The notes below the pieces were generated by a model. It worked only from the letters and a program-made list of their open reading frames with translations, was not told the origin of the DNA and ran no database searches. DNA of 63,068 bases, filler included, from Rhabdomonas costata (lineage: Eukaryota), in NCBI GenBank assembly GCA_019059605.1. It is 57 parts of 57 records of this genome, joined end to end, with 100 filler letters (N's around TTAATTAATTAA, not from the genome) between each part and the next. Parts side by side here need not be neighbours in the genome. Positions count along the whole stretch, not along the records: positions 37,696 to 38,703 come from JAHMHO010033866.1; positions 38,804 to 39,812 come from JAHMHO010033867.1; positions 39,913 to 40,920 come from JAHMHO010033868.1; positions 41,021 to 42,023 come from JAHMHO010033869.1; positions 42,124 to 43,131 come from JAHMHO010033870.1; positions 43,232 to 44,236 come from JAHMHO010033871.1; positions 44,337 to 45,344 come from JAHMHO010033872.1; positions 45,445 to 46,451 come from JAHMHO010033873.1; 49 more parts are not named here. The stretch is one strand, 5' to 3'. The translations under genes were made by a program, and so were the position numbers. Every line of letters begins with the position of its first letter. Position 1 is the first letter of the stretch. Shown here piece after piece: positions 37,596-49,460 of the stretch.

Positions 37596-38803
37596 NNNNN
37601 NNNNNNNNNNNNNNNNNNNNNNNNNNNNNNNNNNNNNNNTTAATTAATTAANNNNNNNNNNNNNNNNNNNNNNNNNNNNNNNNNNNNNNNNNNNNCTTTT
37701 CAGGTCCGGGTGGTGGGGTGAAGGGTTACACGGGAGATGTTGAAAAAGAAGAGGAGCGCTACATGAAGACGGAGTCATCATAAAAGACGTTATCACACGC
37801 TGTTAAACCCACGCATTGAAGGGAGGGAGGGAGGGAGAGAAGGGTGTACACAGGACGAATGCGAGCAATACCACCTCTGCAAACACAAATAGGCACACAT
37901 ACAAAAACGGAGATCCACACTCCCGGTCACCACTGGGTCCTCAAAGTGCGGCAAGTTCGCAGGCACATGTGCACACATGCGCATTCAATCTCACCGACTT
38001 AAATTGTATCACACATGAGACGCCGAGATTAAGGTGCACAGGAACAAATACGGTACTCAAAGTGAATCGGGGTCGCTGAGGAATGTGCTCGTAGAAGTTG
38101 GCCAATCAACACGATTGGAAACGATTGGAGCGAACACGATCATCATAACCACAGCCAAGTTACGCCGCGTCGCTCTGCATGGAAGTTTCTTGGCGTTACA
38201 GTCGGATTACTTTTTTCCTGATAGCACAGCGAACGACTATCGAACCAACGGGAAAATTCAGTTTCGTCAGAAGGTAAAGGGAGCGAGTACCGGGACGCAG
38301 GGCGACTCCTCCTCGGGTCTGAATGAACTCCGGCAGGGTGGAGTGGACCTGAGGCAACAAGAATAAAACCGCAATCTTCAACAATGAAGGCGACTGGCAG
38401 CTTCGACGAACTTCTTCTCATTACGGCAAGGACCGTTGCGCATTAGCAAATAAAAAGTGGATTAACCATTCCCTGTCGACGTGTCTTTCGAAAAAAAATC
38501 GCGCACTCGCAAAGCAGCCCCAGCACCGGCATCAATCCCGAAGGCCCCACATCTCAGACTGTGCTTTCAAGCAAATAAAAGGCGTTATAATCAATACATC
38601 CGTAGGGGTATGCGGCCTGCCGAGGGCACAGCATGACACAAAACGTGAGACCCAAAGACCCAATAAACGGATGCTCACGAGAAGTATCAGTATCACACAA
38701 CCCNNNNNNNNNNNNNNNNNNNNNNNNNNNNNNNNNNNNNNNNNNNNTTAATTAATTAANNNNNNNNNNNNNNNNNNNNNNNNNNNNNNNNNNNNNNNNN
38801 NNN

Positions 38804-39812
38804 TGTTGGTTGTAGGCAAGTTTTCAGAGGAGTCTTGTGATGACTTAGTAAAGACAGCGGTGAGCAGCATTCGAAGATTGGAAGGAAGTACCCGGTCCCG
38901 CTGTTCGTGTTGCCATTCCAGAGAGACGCGAGAGAGGGGGTTGGGTTCTTGGGAGATTTGCCAGACCCTCCACCACTCAGCCACCAATATTCTTGCCGTT
39001 GTGGATTGGCAACACACAAGTTTAGGGCGTTATTGGATTCCGGAGCTTCAGATTCGCTTATAAGTCAGTAATTGGTCCAGAGATTCCGTTTGCAGAGGTA
39101 CCCGTTGCAGCAGAAGCTTACGCTGAGGGTTGCGAACGGGGAAGGACTTCCCGTGTCGCACTTCGTCCGAGTTGTCGGAAGGTTGGGTACCATGCCGATC
39201 AAATTTTTTTGAGAGTGATCAAGACGTCAATCCTAGTGATGCTAGGCTATACATTTTAACGAGGCTTCAACCGAAGATTGATTGGAAGCGCAGAAATGTC
39301 AAGGTGTGGAGAGGAGGAAGAATGTACGACATCCAGACGCTTCCAGCTGTGGATTCATTTCGAATCACATGCCCCACCACAGGAATGTTGGAGGCAGAGC
39401 AATGGGAAGTTGCCCCGGTGAACCCGTTGACTTCTCCACCACAGAACGTTTAGAGGTCGCTCTCCCACAAGCTCACAATAGCAGGGAGGGGGGAGGCGAC
39501 GTCCAGAGTGTAGGAGTCTCTTTGGAGATCCTCAACAGTCCCATCCACAGGTCGTGGTTTCTGCACTGGAGCTGGAAGAGGTTGTTCCAACCAAGCAAGA
39601 CCAGAGAGCCATAGCTAGGGCTCAGGAGCCTAAGTGGAAGTTCAAAAGAAAGTTGCTAGATTCGCCTCGAAAGGAGGTAGAAAAGTTGATCAAAGAGGTG
39701 GACCACAGCATTTGTGGCCCCCCTTGTGCGGTGTTACCAACACCTCCAGAGATTGAGAAGTTAAACCAAGAATTTGCGCACATCTTTCCAGCTTCAGTGC
39801 AGAAACCACCAC
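38804..39812 (+). mobile_element. Ty3/gypsy aspartic protease and pre-RT linker remnant
   Basis: ALLDSGAS at 39027-39050, LRVANGE, LQPKIDWKRR, KLNQEFAHIFP. Several frameshifts and stops. Confidence 0.88.
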
Positions 39813-41237
39813 NNNNNNNNNNNNNNNNNNNNNNNNNNNNNNNNNNNNNNNNNNNNTTAATTAATTAANNNNNNNNNNNNNNNNNNNNNNNNNNNNNNNN
39901 NNNNNNNNNNNNTGGGGGGGGGGTGTATGACAAATGAGCAAATTTTGGTTTCATTTTTGAGATGATCAGGAAAGAGGCTGACGAAATTCTGCAACTTGAT
40001 CGTTGGACGGAATAAGCAGCCTGCAGGTGGTTGGATGGGACGATCCGATTTTCCACTGCTTCACATGCCACATGCCGCTGTGGTGCGCCATGCTTGGTCT
40101 GGGATCCATACCTGAAAATCGCTTTCCACGATCATCGGAAGCTGCCAACTTGCTGACCTCATTAGTGTCCCTCACAACTGACTGCATGTCTGCAGACCTA
40201 TATGAGGCCGACCTTTCCCTCTTGAATGTAGTTCAGCTCCAAAGGTTCTTGGATTTCTGCAACAATGCTTTGGGCTGCGATTTGTGTGCAGGGGCATGGT
40301 GCTTGCAGTGCCTTACAGTGCCATTCCATTGGCTTTATGATTGCTCTCTCTTCTCATCCGCACCCCTAACAGCTAACCCTGCACCTTTGCCTTCCTTTTT
40401 GTGCATGGGAGAGACTTGCTTTTTTTTGCTTTCGGACTGAGACAATTTTGTACCTGGTGCTTCGCGGTTTGTGCAATAGTGATGTTCCTCCCCAACAACA
40501 AAAGGTTACACAGGTTACATCTGCCGGATTGTTGCCGGCCTCCTCCTCCTCCTCGATATGTTCGATGTGTCCCATGGGGCATTGCCTGCCACTGAGCCAC
40601 TGCGGTTATCTCATTTCGGTTCAGAGAGAGCTCATAGCTGTGGGATCAACCGATGCAGTCCACTGCTGCCTATCCAAAGGCTATCCGCACATATGCCGCA
40701 CCACCTGCCTGCACCGCCGACTGGACAAACACAACCCTTCCTCTGCTCTTTTCGTTTGTTGATGTAGCGGCTTTCTGTGTTGATTTTCGTTATCATATTT
40801 GTGCTTGCTTTTGAACTTTCTATTGGAACACCCGCACCGCTAAGCCACTCCTCTTCCAAAGGGAGTGGCTTAGCGGTGCGGGTGTTCCAATAGAAAGTTC
40901 AAAAGCAAGCACAAACAACANNNNNNNNNNNNNNNNNNNNNNNNNNNNNNNNNNNNNNNNNNNNTTAATTAATTAANNNNNNNNNNNNNNNNNNNNNNNN
41001 NNNNNNNNNNNNNNNNNNNNGGTGTTTTTTTAGCCACAGATGCCATGAACACTTTTATTTCATGAACCATGTACTTTGGCGTGTACTTTTCATTAGTTTT
41101 GGTTTGCGAGCTCCCCTTTAAGCTTGTCATTATGCGTCGCATTTAAATTTATTAGTTCATGAATAAAAGTGTTCATGGCATCTGTGGCTAAAAAAATGCT
41201 CCAAAATATCGAGATTGCTATTCCCACGAACACGCAG

Positions 41238-41365
41238 GTGCGGGCGCAGAACCGCGCGACCTATGCCCGGCTGAAGAGGGTCTGCGAGGACCCCAGCCGA
41301 GCGATCTACTTCTTCGCTAATGAGTTTCACAAGGCCACCCATGTCCGCCGCGAACCCAACGAAAC
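41238..41365 (+). CDS. DIS3: Exosome nuclease DIS3/Rrp44, PIN-domain exon
   Basis: cgcag|VRAQNRATYARLKRVCEDPSRAIYFFANEFHKATHVRREPNET|gtatga matches the Dis3 motif VR..S...Y.R.......FY.F.NE.H..T.V.....E. A DIS3-like paralog is not excluded. Confidence 0.8.
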
Positions 41366-43735
41366 GTATGAGGGGCACGTGTACCCACGCCCTCCCCCCT
41401 TTCCTGGGATTTCCCTTAATAAAAAAGCAGGGGGAAAAGCGAGTGTGCCCAGTGATTTCAACTGGTAATCACACTTCTGTGGTAGTGCACAGTTGGGTAG
41501 GAGGGGGGCGTTTGACACGTGTTCTGGGGTTCTCGCCCCCTCCCCCCGCCGCATAGGCACGGCCTTGTCACCGCCTGAAAGAATTCCGGAGGATTTCACC
41601 ATCGTAAATTCAGAACTTATTCTTTCTTTTTGGCCAGCTCCGTTTATACGGGGTACCGTGCAGTGCTTCGTGTATTTAACAAAGGGCTTCGCGGTGGGAG
41701 CGAGTGAGTCCCAGGGGTTGCGTATAGTTCCATCCTCTTCCAGACAACAGGAAAAGCGTCGTGGATAACGTTGTCCGTTCACAACACAAAAAAGGGGGCC
41801 CGCTGGATATTTTTATTTATCGGTCGAACCAACATTGCTCACAGCAAAAATAGCCAGTGGTTGAAAGTCACCGTGAGAAACCGTTCAAATCGGAATTCCT
41901 TACCGACGATTCACAGAGGGGTTTAACTCTTGCTCTGGATGTGTCTCAGAAAAGAATCCCCTGGGATACCCAAACCGGCATGTAACACTCGTCTAACACC
42001 GATTTGACGGGTGCCCCACACCCNNNNNNNNNNNNNNNNNNNNNNNNNNNNNNNNNNNNNNNNNNNNTTAATTAATTAANNNNNNNNNNNNNNNNNNNNN
42101 NNNNNNNNNNNNNNNNNNNNNNNGAGTGGGCCGCTCAAGCGACCCCTCGGGATTTCCGCTTGGAATGCTTTTTTCAAAAGCATCACGTCACCGAACAAGA
42201 CAAGGGTCAGCACCGTGCAGGCTTCGGCAAAGCAGGGGAGGTGAGAAGAAGAAAAAGAGAACATGGGGAGACAAAGTCGCGGAACACGCGCGCAAACTTG
42301 GGCTGGTGGTGTTAGTGAGTGACTGGGCAATGTGGACATGCCAGCGACAAGGCGTTGTGACAACGCAAAGCCGGGTGGGGGTGGAGCGGGGATAACAAAA
42401 TTCCAGCACAGGATACAACGGGGCCAACGTGACACAGCACGTGTCGCTAGGGTGCTTTAAGAGACATGATAACGAACAAAGAAACAAAGTCTCTAGCTTC
42501 TACACCTTGACGACCTCATCTACGACATACGCACACCCACTCACACGGATATGCACAGCAGACGGTTCACCGCCCGGAAAAATCGCCCTCTGTTTGTCCA
42601 CATCTTTTCCTCCATGTTATCTCTTCTCCACGCAGATGCTTGTGGACCCAGAGCTCGCAAACGTTAGACAACTTTAGGCGTAAAAGCAGGTGGGTTGGGG
42701 AGAAGTCCCTTTTTTCTCGGTCTTTAACCTCGAAAAAACGGCACACTGCACCCCAGTCTAATGCAATTTAACCAACCACCACCGCCCAGCTGGGAGGGTA
42801 TCCTTTATGGTGAGAATAAGAAAGAGAGACCAAACTTTGTTCACTTTTACCCAACCTGTAAACGGTCAGTGCTTTTTGAAAAATATTGCAGTTCGTTAAT
42901 ATAATGTGGGAGCACTGCACAGTGATAAAGCTTTTAACTTTTTGAAGAATGAACAAATGGTATGCGAGTACTGTAAAAACAACTTTTGTAGTACTGAATG
43001 TGTTAACAATCATCTAAGTAGAGAATGCTTGGACCTTCAGTACTACAAAAGTTGTTTTTACAGTACTCGCATACCATTTGTTCATTCTTCAAAAAGTTAA
43101 AAGCTTTATCACTGTGCAGTGCCCCCACAACNNNNNNNNNNNNNNNNNNNNNNNNNNNNNNNNNNNNNNNNNNNNTTAATTAATTAANNNNNNNNNNNNN
43201 NNNNNNNNNNNNNNNNNNNNNNNNNNNNNNNGTGTGTTTGTGTTGTGTTGTGCTATTTCATGGTTTTCGGAAATCACCGTAGGTAGCGTTTATGCCGGGC
43301 TTGTGCGTCGCCCTATGCATCGTATCTGAATCGCCATCATTTTTTTTGCCCATTTAGCCCCTTTCCAGATCCCTACCGCGCCTGCGTTTTGCACCAGACG
43401 CACTTTTTCACCAGACGTGGACGAGCGCCGTCTTACTTCCCCTCTCTCTTCCCTTGCTTTGCCGTCGGTAGCAGCTGGATTGCAGCGCGCATCTGCTGGA
43501 GTCCCGAAACTGTGCATCGTACTTAAACCCCCACCCCAAGACCTTCTGCTAGAATTTGTAGTGGAACCTGTATCGTCCTCTCTCTAACCCATGTGAGTCT
43601 TTGGCGTAAACCACTGGGACCGGGGGTCGTGCTCTACCTTCATAATCGGCTTGCATCTATTTAGCTTGGGCAGCCTTCCAACACTACGTGATCTGAGTGC
43701 ACGGGTACACCGTGGTGTGCAACCCTACAACGCAG

Positions 43736-43945
43736 GCCTTCTCTGCCGGGGTTGACCTGACCACCGCGGCGGACATCTTCCAGGGCAAGGTGAACCTCTT
43801 TGGCACGCCCATCGACCCCGTGTTCCAGATGGCCCAGGTGACCGTCCCAATCATCGGGGCGGTGAACGGCTTTGCGATCACCGGGGGCTTCGAGCTGGCC
43901 CTGAACTGCGACTTCCTGATTGGCTCCACGGAGGCCAAATTCATG
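43736..43945 (+). CDS. Enoyl-CoA hydratase/isomerase (crotonase) exon
   Basis: AFSAGVDL...PIIGAVNGFAITGGFELALNCDFLIGSTEAKFM. 210-nt exon with cag acceptor and gtgcgg donor. Confidence 0.95.
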
Positions 43946-44492
43946 GTGCGGTCTTTTTCACGCCGCCGGCTCTTTGGGGTCAGAAGGAAACTCAAGACCC
44001 TTGGAGCCCGAGTTGCACCCAACCAGGCACCGTGTGTTGGAAAAGATTCCGGCTATGTTGCCATTCATATTCTATTCTGAGCGTTGACCGAGCTGTCGTC
44101 TGGAAAAGCTCCTGTTGAAGGTCCTCCTCCTCGACACAGCCTTTTTTCCTCGGTTGCTCGCTTTGTGCCTTTTTATGCGAACACTATGCTTCCTGCACAC
44201 TGCTTGCAGAATGTGACATTCATCCCCCCCAACCCCNNNNNNNNNNNNNNNNNNNNNNNNNNNNNNNNNNNNNNNNNNNNTTAATTAATTAANNNNNNNN
44301 NNNNNNNNNNNNNNNNNNNNNNNNNNNNNNNNNNNNTTGTGGGGGTGCTCATCGTCGTCTGACCCCCTGATGGACAACACACAGAAAAACCGAACCGCTT
44401 TTCATTGCTTTTGTTAGCTAGTTGAGGTTGTTCTTCCCCCACCGCGGGCTTCCCCTTCTGACAGGAACTTCCATTCTATAGCTCATCCACAC

Positions 44493-44853
44493 TTGCTCAG
44501 GCTGTGTGCCAGTGCCATGGAGTCCAGAGTCAGCGCCTGGACATCTCGCAGGCTCTGCTCCAGGTCAGCCCGCGTCCCATCCAAAGGATGGGGCGAGGAA
44601 GGCACCACCGCGGCCCCGGCCAAGCCTACGGCCGCCCTGGAGGCCTTGAACCCCGTCTCCACAGCCGCCCTGGAGAGCCGGAACCCCAGCGACATCCCGG
44701 CCTCCAAGAACCGCACTGCGTCCTTCGCCATCCCACAACCACCGCCCCCACTGCCGAAGAGGCTTCGTCAGTGGGGGCGGTGGTTGTGGGCTGCTCGGGC
44801 ACCGGGAGGGAGTCGGGGTGGGGGTTTTCCTTCCAGGTGTGGGTCCGGGACAT
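44493..44853 (-). CDS. First coding region of an unknown protein, interrupted by a 59-nt hairpin (44732-44790)
   Basis: MSRTHTWKENPHPDSLPVPEQ and MAKDAVRFLEAGMSLGFRLSRAAVETGFKASR... are both GC3-rich and are out of frame across the hairpin. Donor AA|gtgtgg at 44492. Confidence 0.55.
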
Positions 44854-45965
44854 CCGGGGAGGGACGGAGCAGGGCACCCCACAGGTGCAGCCCCGGCGGT
44901 GAGGAGGGGTGACTTCGCACTGCTCGCAGGTAGGAAGTGCGCATTGTTGATCCATCGGGTTGAGAAACGGTTCCGCAGAACGGGTTGAAAAGAAAATGGG
45001 AAGAACGTAAACCTCCAAAGGGAATCCGGTTGGTAGGGTTCCCAAAAGAAGTCTAACGGCGAAACAGAAAAAAAATACCACAGGATCGCAAATCAAGCAG
45101 AATGAACATTGCCTCCCCATTTCCGCATTTCCTCGGACCTCCAACGCAAGGCTTTATAGTGGCTGAGAGATACTGTTGTGAGGACCCGAATTCGCTCCTA
45201 CACTGATGTATCCCAACCCACTTGCCCTCGCAGCGAAGTAAAACCTACTGAAACCAGAATATAAAATAAGCCGAAAGTTCAAAAAAGAAAAATGCAGCAA
45301 GGCAAAAAAACCAAATCGACTTGCAGACACACTACCCCAAAAACNNNNNNNNNNNNNNNNNNNNNNNNNNNNNNNNNNNNNNNNNNNNTTAATTAATTAA
45401 NNNNNNNNNNNNNNNNNNNNNNNNNNNNNNNNNNNNNNNNNNNNGTTTTGTGGTCTGCGTTCTTTGTAATTTTTTCCAGCAGAGAACTTTTGGACAAACC
45501 GTTCTAACCAAAATAAAGAAACGTCAAGGTCAAGTCTTTGTCTTCGGTTTAACTAAGTGTTGTGGGGAAATCAACCAGCCAGATTTGTATGGAACGCGGT
45601 GGCAACTGTGGTCACCACCTTTGTGCTTTGCGTAAAACCGAAGCAGAGAGTTTAGTGTCCAAAGTTCAGCAAAGCACAGCAGAACAACATGACAATATGG
45701 AGAGAGCAGGGGGAATGGAAGAAGAGTTGGAAGGAAGGGGGAGGAGCGTGTACGCGTGCATGTGTGCATGTGTGTAAGCGTTGCGCACTTATGGCGATGA
45801 CTGATACGGGGCTGCACGTGTGCGGAAATTCCGTACAATACAGAGATCTTCTGAACCATTAAAATACATAGTACTCATTCACCACTCAGCAAACACAGTG
45901 CCAGAGGATGGAAATGTGCGGCTTTGAGTGCCGAAGCGACCCAAGGGGACGCCCAAAGACGACGC

Positions 45966-46445
45966 TCATGGTACTTCTTTCCTAACACAATGCTGACAGC
46001 AGTGATCCAGTAGCGAGCGCAGGCGGTTCATGTCCTCTTGGCGGGTATCTTGACCCGCTCCTTGGGAAGCCCCCTCGGGCTGCTCAACCTCAACAAAGGA
46101 CAGGTCATCTGGATCCTGTACGCAGCAGCGGCACTCCGTGTACACCCTTTGCGAGGCGGTTAGGAGCATGTAGCCCCGGCTACGGCCACTCTCGGGGTCG
46201 ATGGGTTTCATGGCCTCGTACAGGAGCTCCAGAGGCATCCAGTGCGGGGGGTGCTTAAACCGGGCCACATCCATGATCAGAACCATATCCCTTGCCGCGT
46301 TGTAGGCCCCGATTGGGGAGAAGTGTCCCGTCCCAGTCTGCCCCACGGTGCCGCGGTTGTAGGAAACAACCAAGACGGTCAGCGGCTGTCCCTGGGGAAC
46401 GCTGCACACCCTCCGGATGTCCTCCCTGAACTGCCCTACCGCCAC
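45966..46445 (-). CDS. PCS: Phytochelatin synthase (glutathione gamma-glutamylcysteinyltransferase), C-terminal part
   Basis: VSYNRGTVGQTGTGHFSPIGAYNAARDMVLIMDVARFKHPPHW...LLYEAM..ID..SGRSRGY contains the catalytic His and Asp. Short Cys-rich tail (CRCC, HCCQHC). Confidence 0.95.
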   Translation of the reverse strand: MAVGQFREDIRRVCSVPQGQPLTVLVVSYNRGTVGQTGTGHFSPIGAYNAARDMVLIMDVARFKHPPHWMPLELLYEAMKPIDPESGRSRGYMLLTASQRVYTECRCCVQDPDDLSFVEVEQPEGASQGAGQDTRQEDMNRLRSLLDHCCQHCVRKEVP

Positions 46446-46997
46446 ACACCCNNNNNNNNNNNNNNNNNNNNNNNNNNNNNNNNNNNNNNNNNNNNTTAAT
46501 TAATTAANNNNNNNNNNNNNNNNNNNNNNNNNNNNNNNNNNNNNNNNNNNNAATCAAGTTGTTGTATCAGGATTCTAAGTCGTTGTATCATGTTATAGTC
46601 TAACAAAATCAGGACACAGTTACATTTGATTTGATAAAACAACTTGATCATTGACTTAAACTTTATATAACAATTTAATTATTGACGTAGACACTATAAC
46701 CATAATTCAAATATTTATTCTTTAATTACACTACATAATAAATCTGTTTATTGATTAAAAATTTGTTATATTATCAAATCTTCTATTCTTCTATTCTTCT
46801 ATTCTTATTTGAAAAAATATTATTAATATAAATTTTATTTAAAAAATCAAAAAATATATTTTTATTTATAAAATATTTTATAAATAAGAATAGAAGAATA
46901 GAAGAATAGAAGAATAGAAGAAATATATGGTATATCAATAATTGTGTATTATTACGATTAAATTCATCATAGATTAGTTATAATAAAATATAGTATA

Positions 46998-47465
46998 AGT
47001 CTTTGTATCATCATATAGTCAAAGTCATTGTATCAGGAGATAGTCCAAGTCATTAAATAAGGCCATAGTATGAGTCGTTGTATCAGGATATAATCCAATT
47101 CATTAAATTAGAATATAGTCTAAGTCGTTGTATCAGGATATAGTCCAAGTCATTAAATAAGGATATATTTTTATAAAATAATCAAGTTGTTGTATCAGGA
47201 TATAATCCAAGTCATATAAATAATGCCATAGTCTAAGTTGTTGTATCATGATATAGTCTAAGTCATTGACATATATAAATGATTAAGTTATTATTTTTGG
47301 ATATAGTTCAAGTCATTAAATAAGGCCATAGTATAAGTCGTTGTATCAGGATATAATCAGGACATATTTTTATAAAATAATCAAGTTGTTATTTTTGGAT
47401 ATAGTTCAAGTCATTAAATAAGGCCATAGTATAAGTCGTTGTATCAGGATATAATCAGGACATAT
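46998..47465. repeat. AT-rich satellite with a 25-nt period and two alternating unit types
   Basis: Units start at 46998, 47023, 47048, 47073, 47098, 47123 and 47148 (AGTCGTTGTATCAGGATATAGTCCA / AGTCATTAAATAAGGCCATAGTATG). Confidence 0.85.
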
Positions 47466-49460
47466 ACTATGGCCTTATTTAATGACTTGAACTATATCCA
47501 AAAATAACAACTTGATTATTTTACAAAAATATGTCCTGATTATATCCTGAAACAACAACNNNNNNNNNNNNNNNNNNNNNNNNNNNNNNNNNNNNNNNNN
47601 NNNTTAATTAATTAANNNNNNNNNNNNNNNNNNNNNNNNNNNNNNNNNNNNNNNNNNNNGGTTTGTGGTGTACCTACTTTACCTCTTACCCGTCATGTGT
47701 AGGTACACCATCATACCTCCTTAGGTATATGTCTCAAGTGTATACCCATCATGCCATGGCACTCCTTTAGCAGATGGGCCAAGATGGAAGTTATTTTAGG
47801 CGAAAGGGGTTAGGATACCTTGGCATGTGGGGGGGCTTCGCCCCAGCAACTTCCTGGGGTTAGGAAGCGTTGCTTCTTCTCAGAATTTACCTATGTTTTC
47901 ATTGACAGCGCCTTTGCGGGGATGATGTGAGGCTGCGGGTGTTTTTGAAGTAATTCCTCTGGGCCCATCTGCTAATGGTATGCCTTATATGTGTATCAGG
48001 TATACCCATCATGCCTCCGCTCCCATGTTCCCTGCTTTCTCTCCTTCTCTCTTTCTTTCTTTTACTTGGGGGTGCTTTGCCGTTTTTTTTAAAGGGACAT
48101 CTGACTTGCTTTCGGCTCTAAGACGGTTCCGCCCGTCACTGCCATTCTCCCTTGGCGAACTCCTGAGTTTGGTTGATATTTTTCTTCTTGTTTCGTGCCA
48201 ATTTCCTGCTCTTTTTTTTACCTGTCCTGCCACCAGGAACTTTGTTGCCCTTCCCCCCTCACTTATCATGGATGCAAACTTGCCCCCCCCCCACAGTCTT
48301 TCTTTACGATGATGCCGTTTCCAAGACAGACGTTTCGGAAGGAAACTGTTATTTTCTGTGCCTAATCAGGAGTTCCCCTTCGGACGTTCCTGAGGTACCC
48401 CACCCTTCAAAGTGCCCCTGAGCCGGAGCGGTTTGGCACCCTCCGGGACCTAGTGGAGCACGCTGAGCCCTTCCCTGGCTCCACGGCTCTGTGCGACGGG
48501 ATGTGGGCGCTGCATCCCGCACAACTGGAGAACTGTGCTAAGGTACATCTCCCCCTTCTCATGACGCACCAACAACAACCGCCTTCACCAAAACAGACAC
48601 CTCCACCACGACTTTCCTGCACGAGTGATTCTCCTCCACAGTAGATAGCTGCTTTGTTCCACACAACANNNNNNNNNNNNNNNNNNNNNNNNNNNNNNNN
48701 NNNNNNNNNNNNTTAATTAATTAANNNNNNNNNNNNNNNNNNNNNNNNNNNNNNNNNNNNNNNNNNNNGTTGGGGATACAAAAAAATTATAGCTCTGCAA
48801 TGAAAATTTTATAGAGATGCTCCGAAAATTTTTCATGAACACGTGCACCCCCTACGAGACATTAAACTCACCTCGGGGACCCTTCTCGGAGAGTGCATCA
48901 GCACATGAGTTGTTGGGCCCTACCTGGGACATCCCGGAAATAAACTCACTTCCTTTTCCCCCTTTTCGGCAACTGCAGTGCGCTCCGCGGCCAAAGACAT
49001 CCCAGACAAGCAGAACTTAACTCGACCCAACAGTTCACAGCATCGCCGAAAATGTCAAAAATTTTATATCACCGCTATAGGAACACTCAAGCACAAATGT
49101 TCTTGCAGTAGCAGGAGTCAGCACAAACCAAAAAAGAACAGGAAGAAGAAAGGAAAACCAGTGTGGATACGAATGTAGAAATGACATAAAGCAGAGGGTT
49201 GGATGCACACGGCTGCAACAGTGGCGAAATTATCACCGCTATAAAAAATGCAAAATTTTATATCACCGCTAAAAAGATTTTTATAGCACCGCTATAAAAA
49301 GGGGGGGCCATTTAACAAACTTTACCGTCTTCCTACCTACAGAGCGGGGTGGTTAACCTCTTGAACGGTGCACAGGTTCCGAAAGGAAAAAGCATCTTCG
49401 GAATGTGTAGTGATTGTCTTGCCCTAGTTCACTCGCAGGCCAGCACTGACAACCTGTCCA

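Noticed and set aside
43736..46445. Metabolic or metal-resistance gene cluster (enoyl-CoA hydratase, PCS, ALDH)
   Set aside because: The genes lie on separate fragments ordered roughly by length, so adjacency is artificial.
49231..49272. Phage lambda operator-like TATCACCGC
   Set aside because: Only a half-site match, in direct orientation, with no phage genes.
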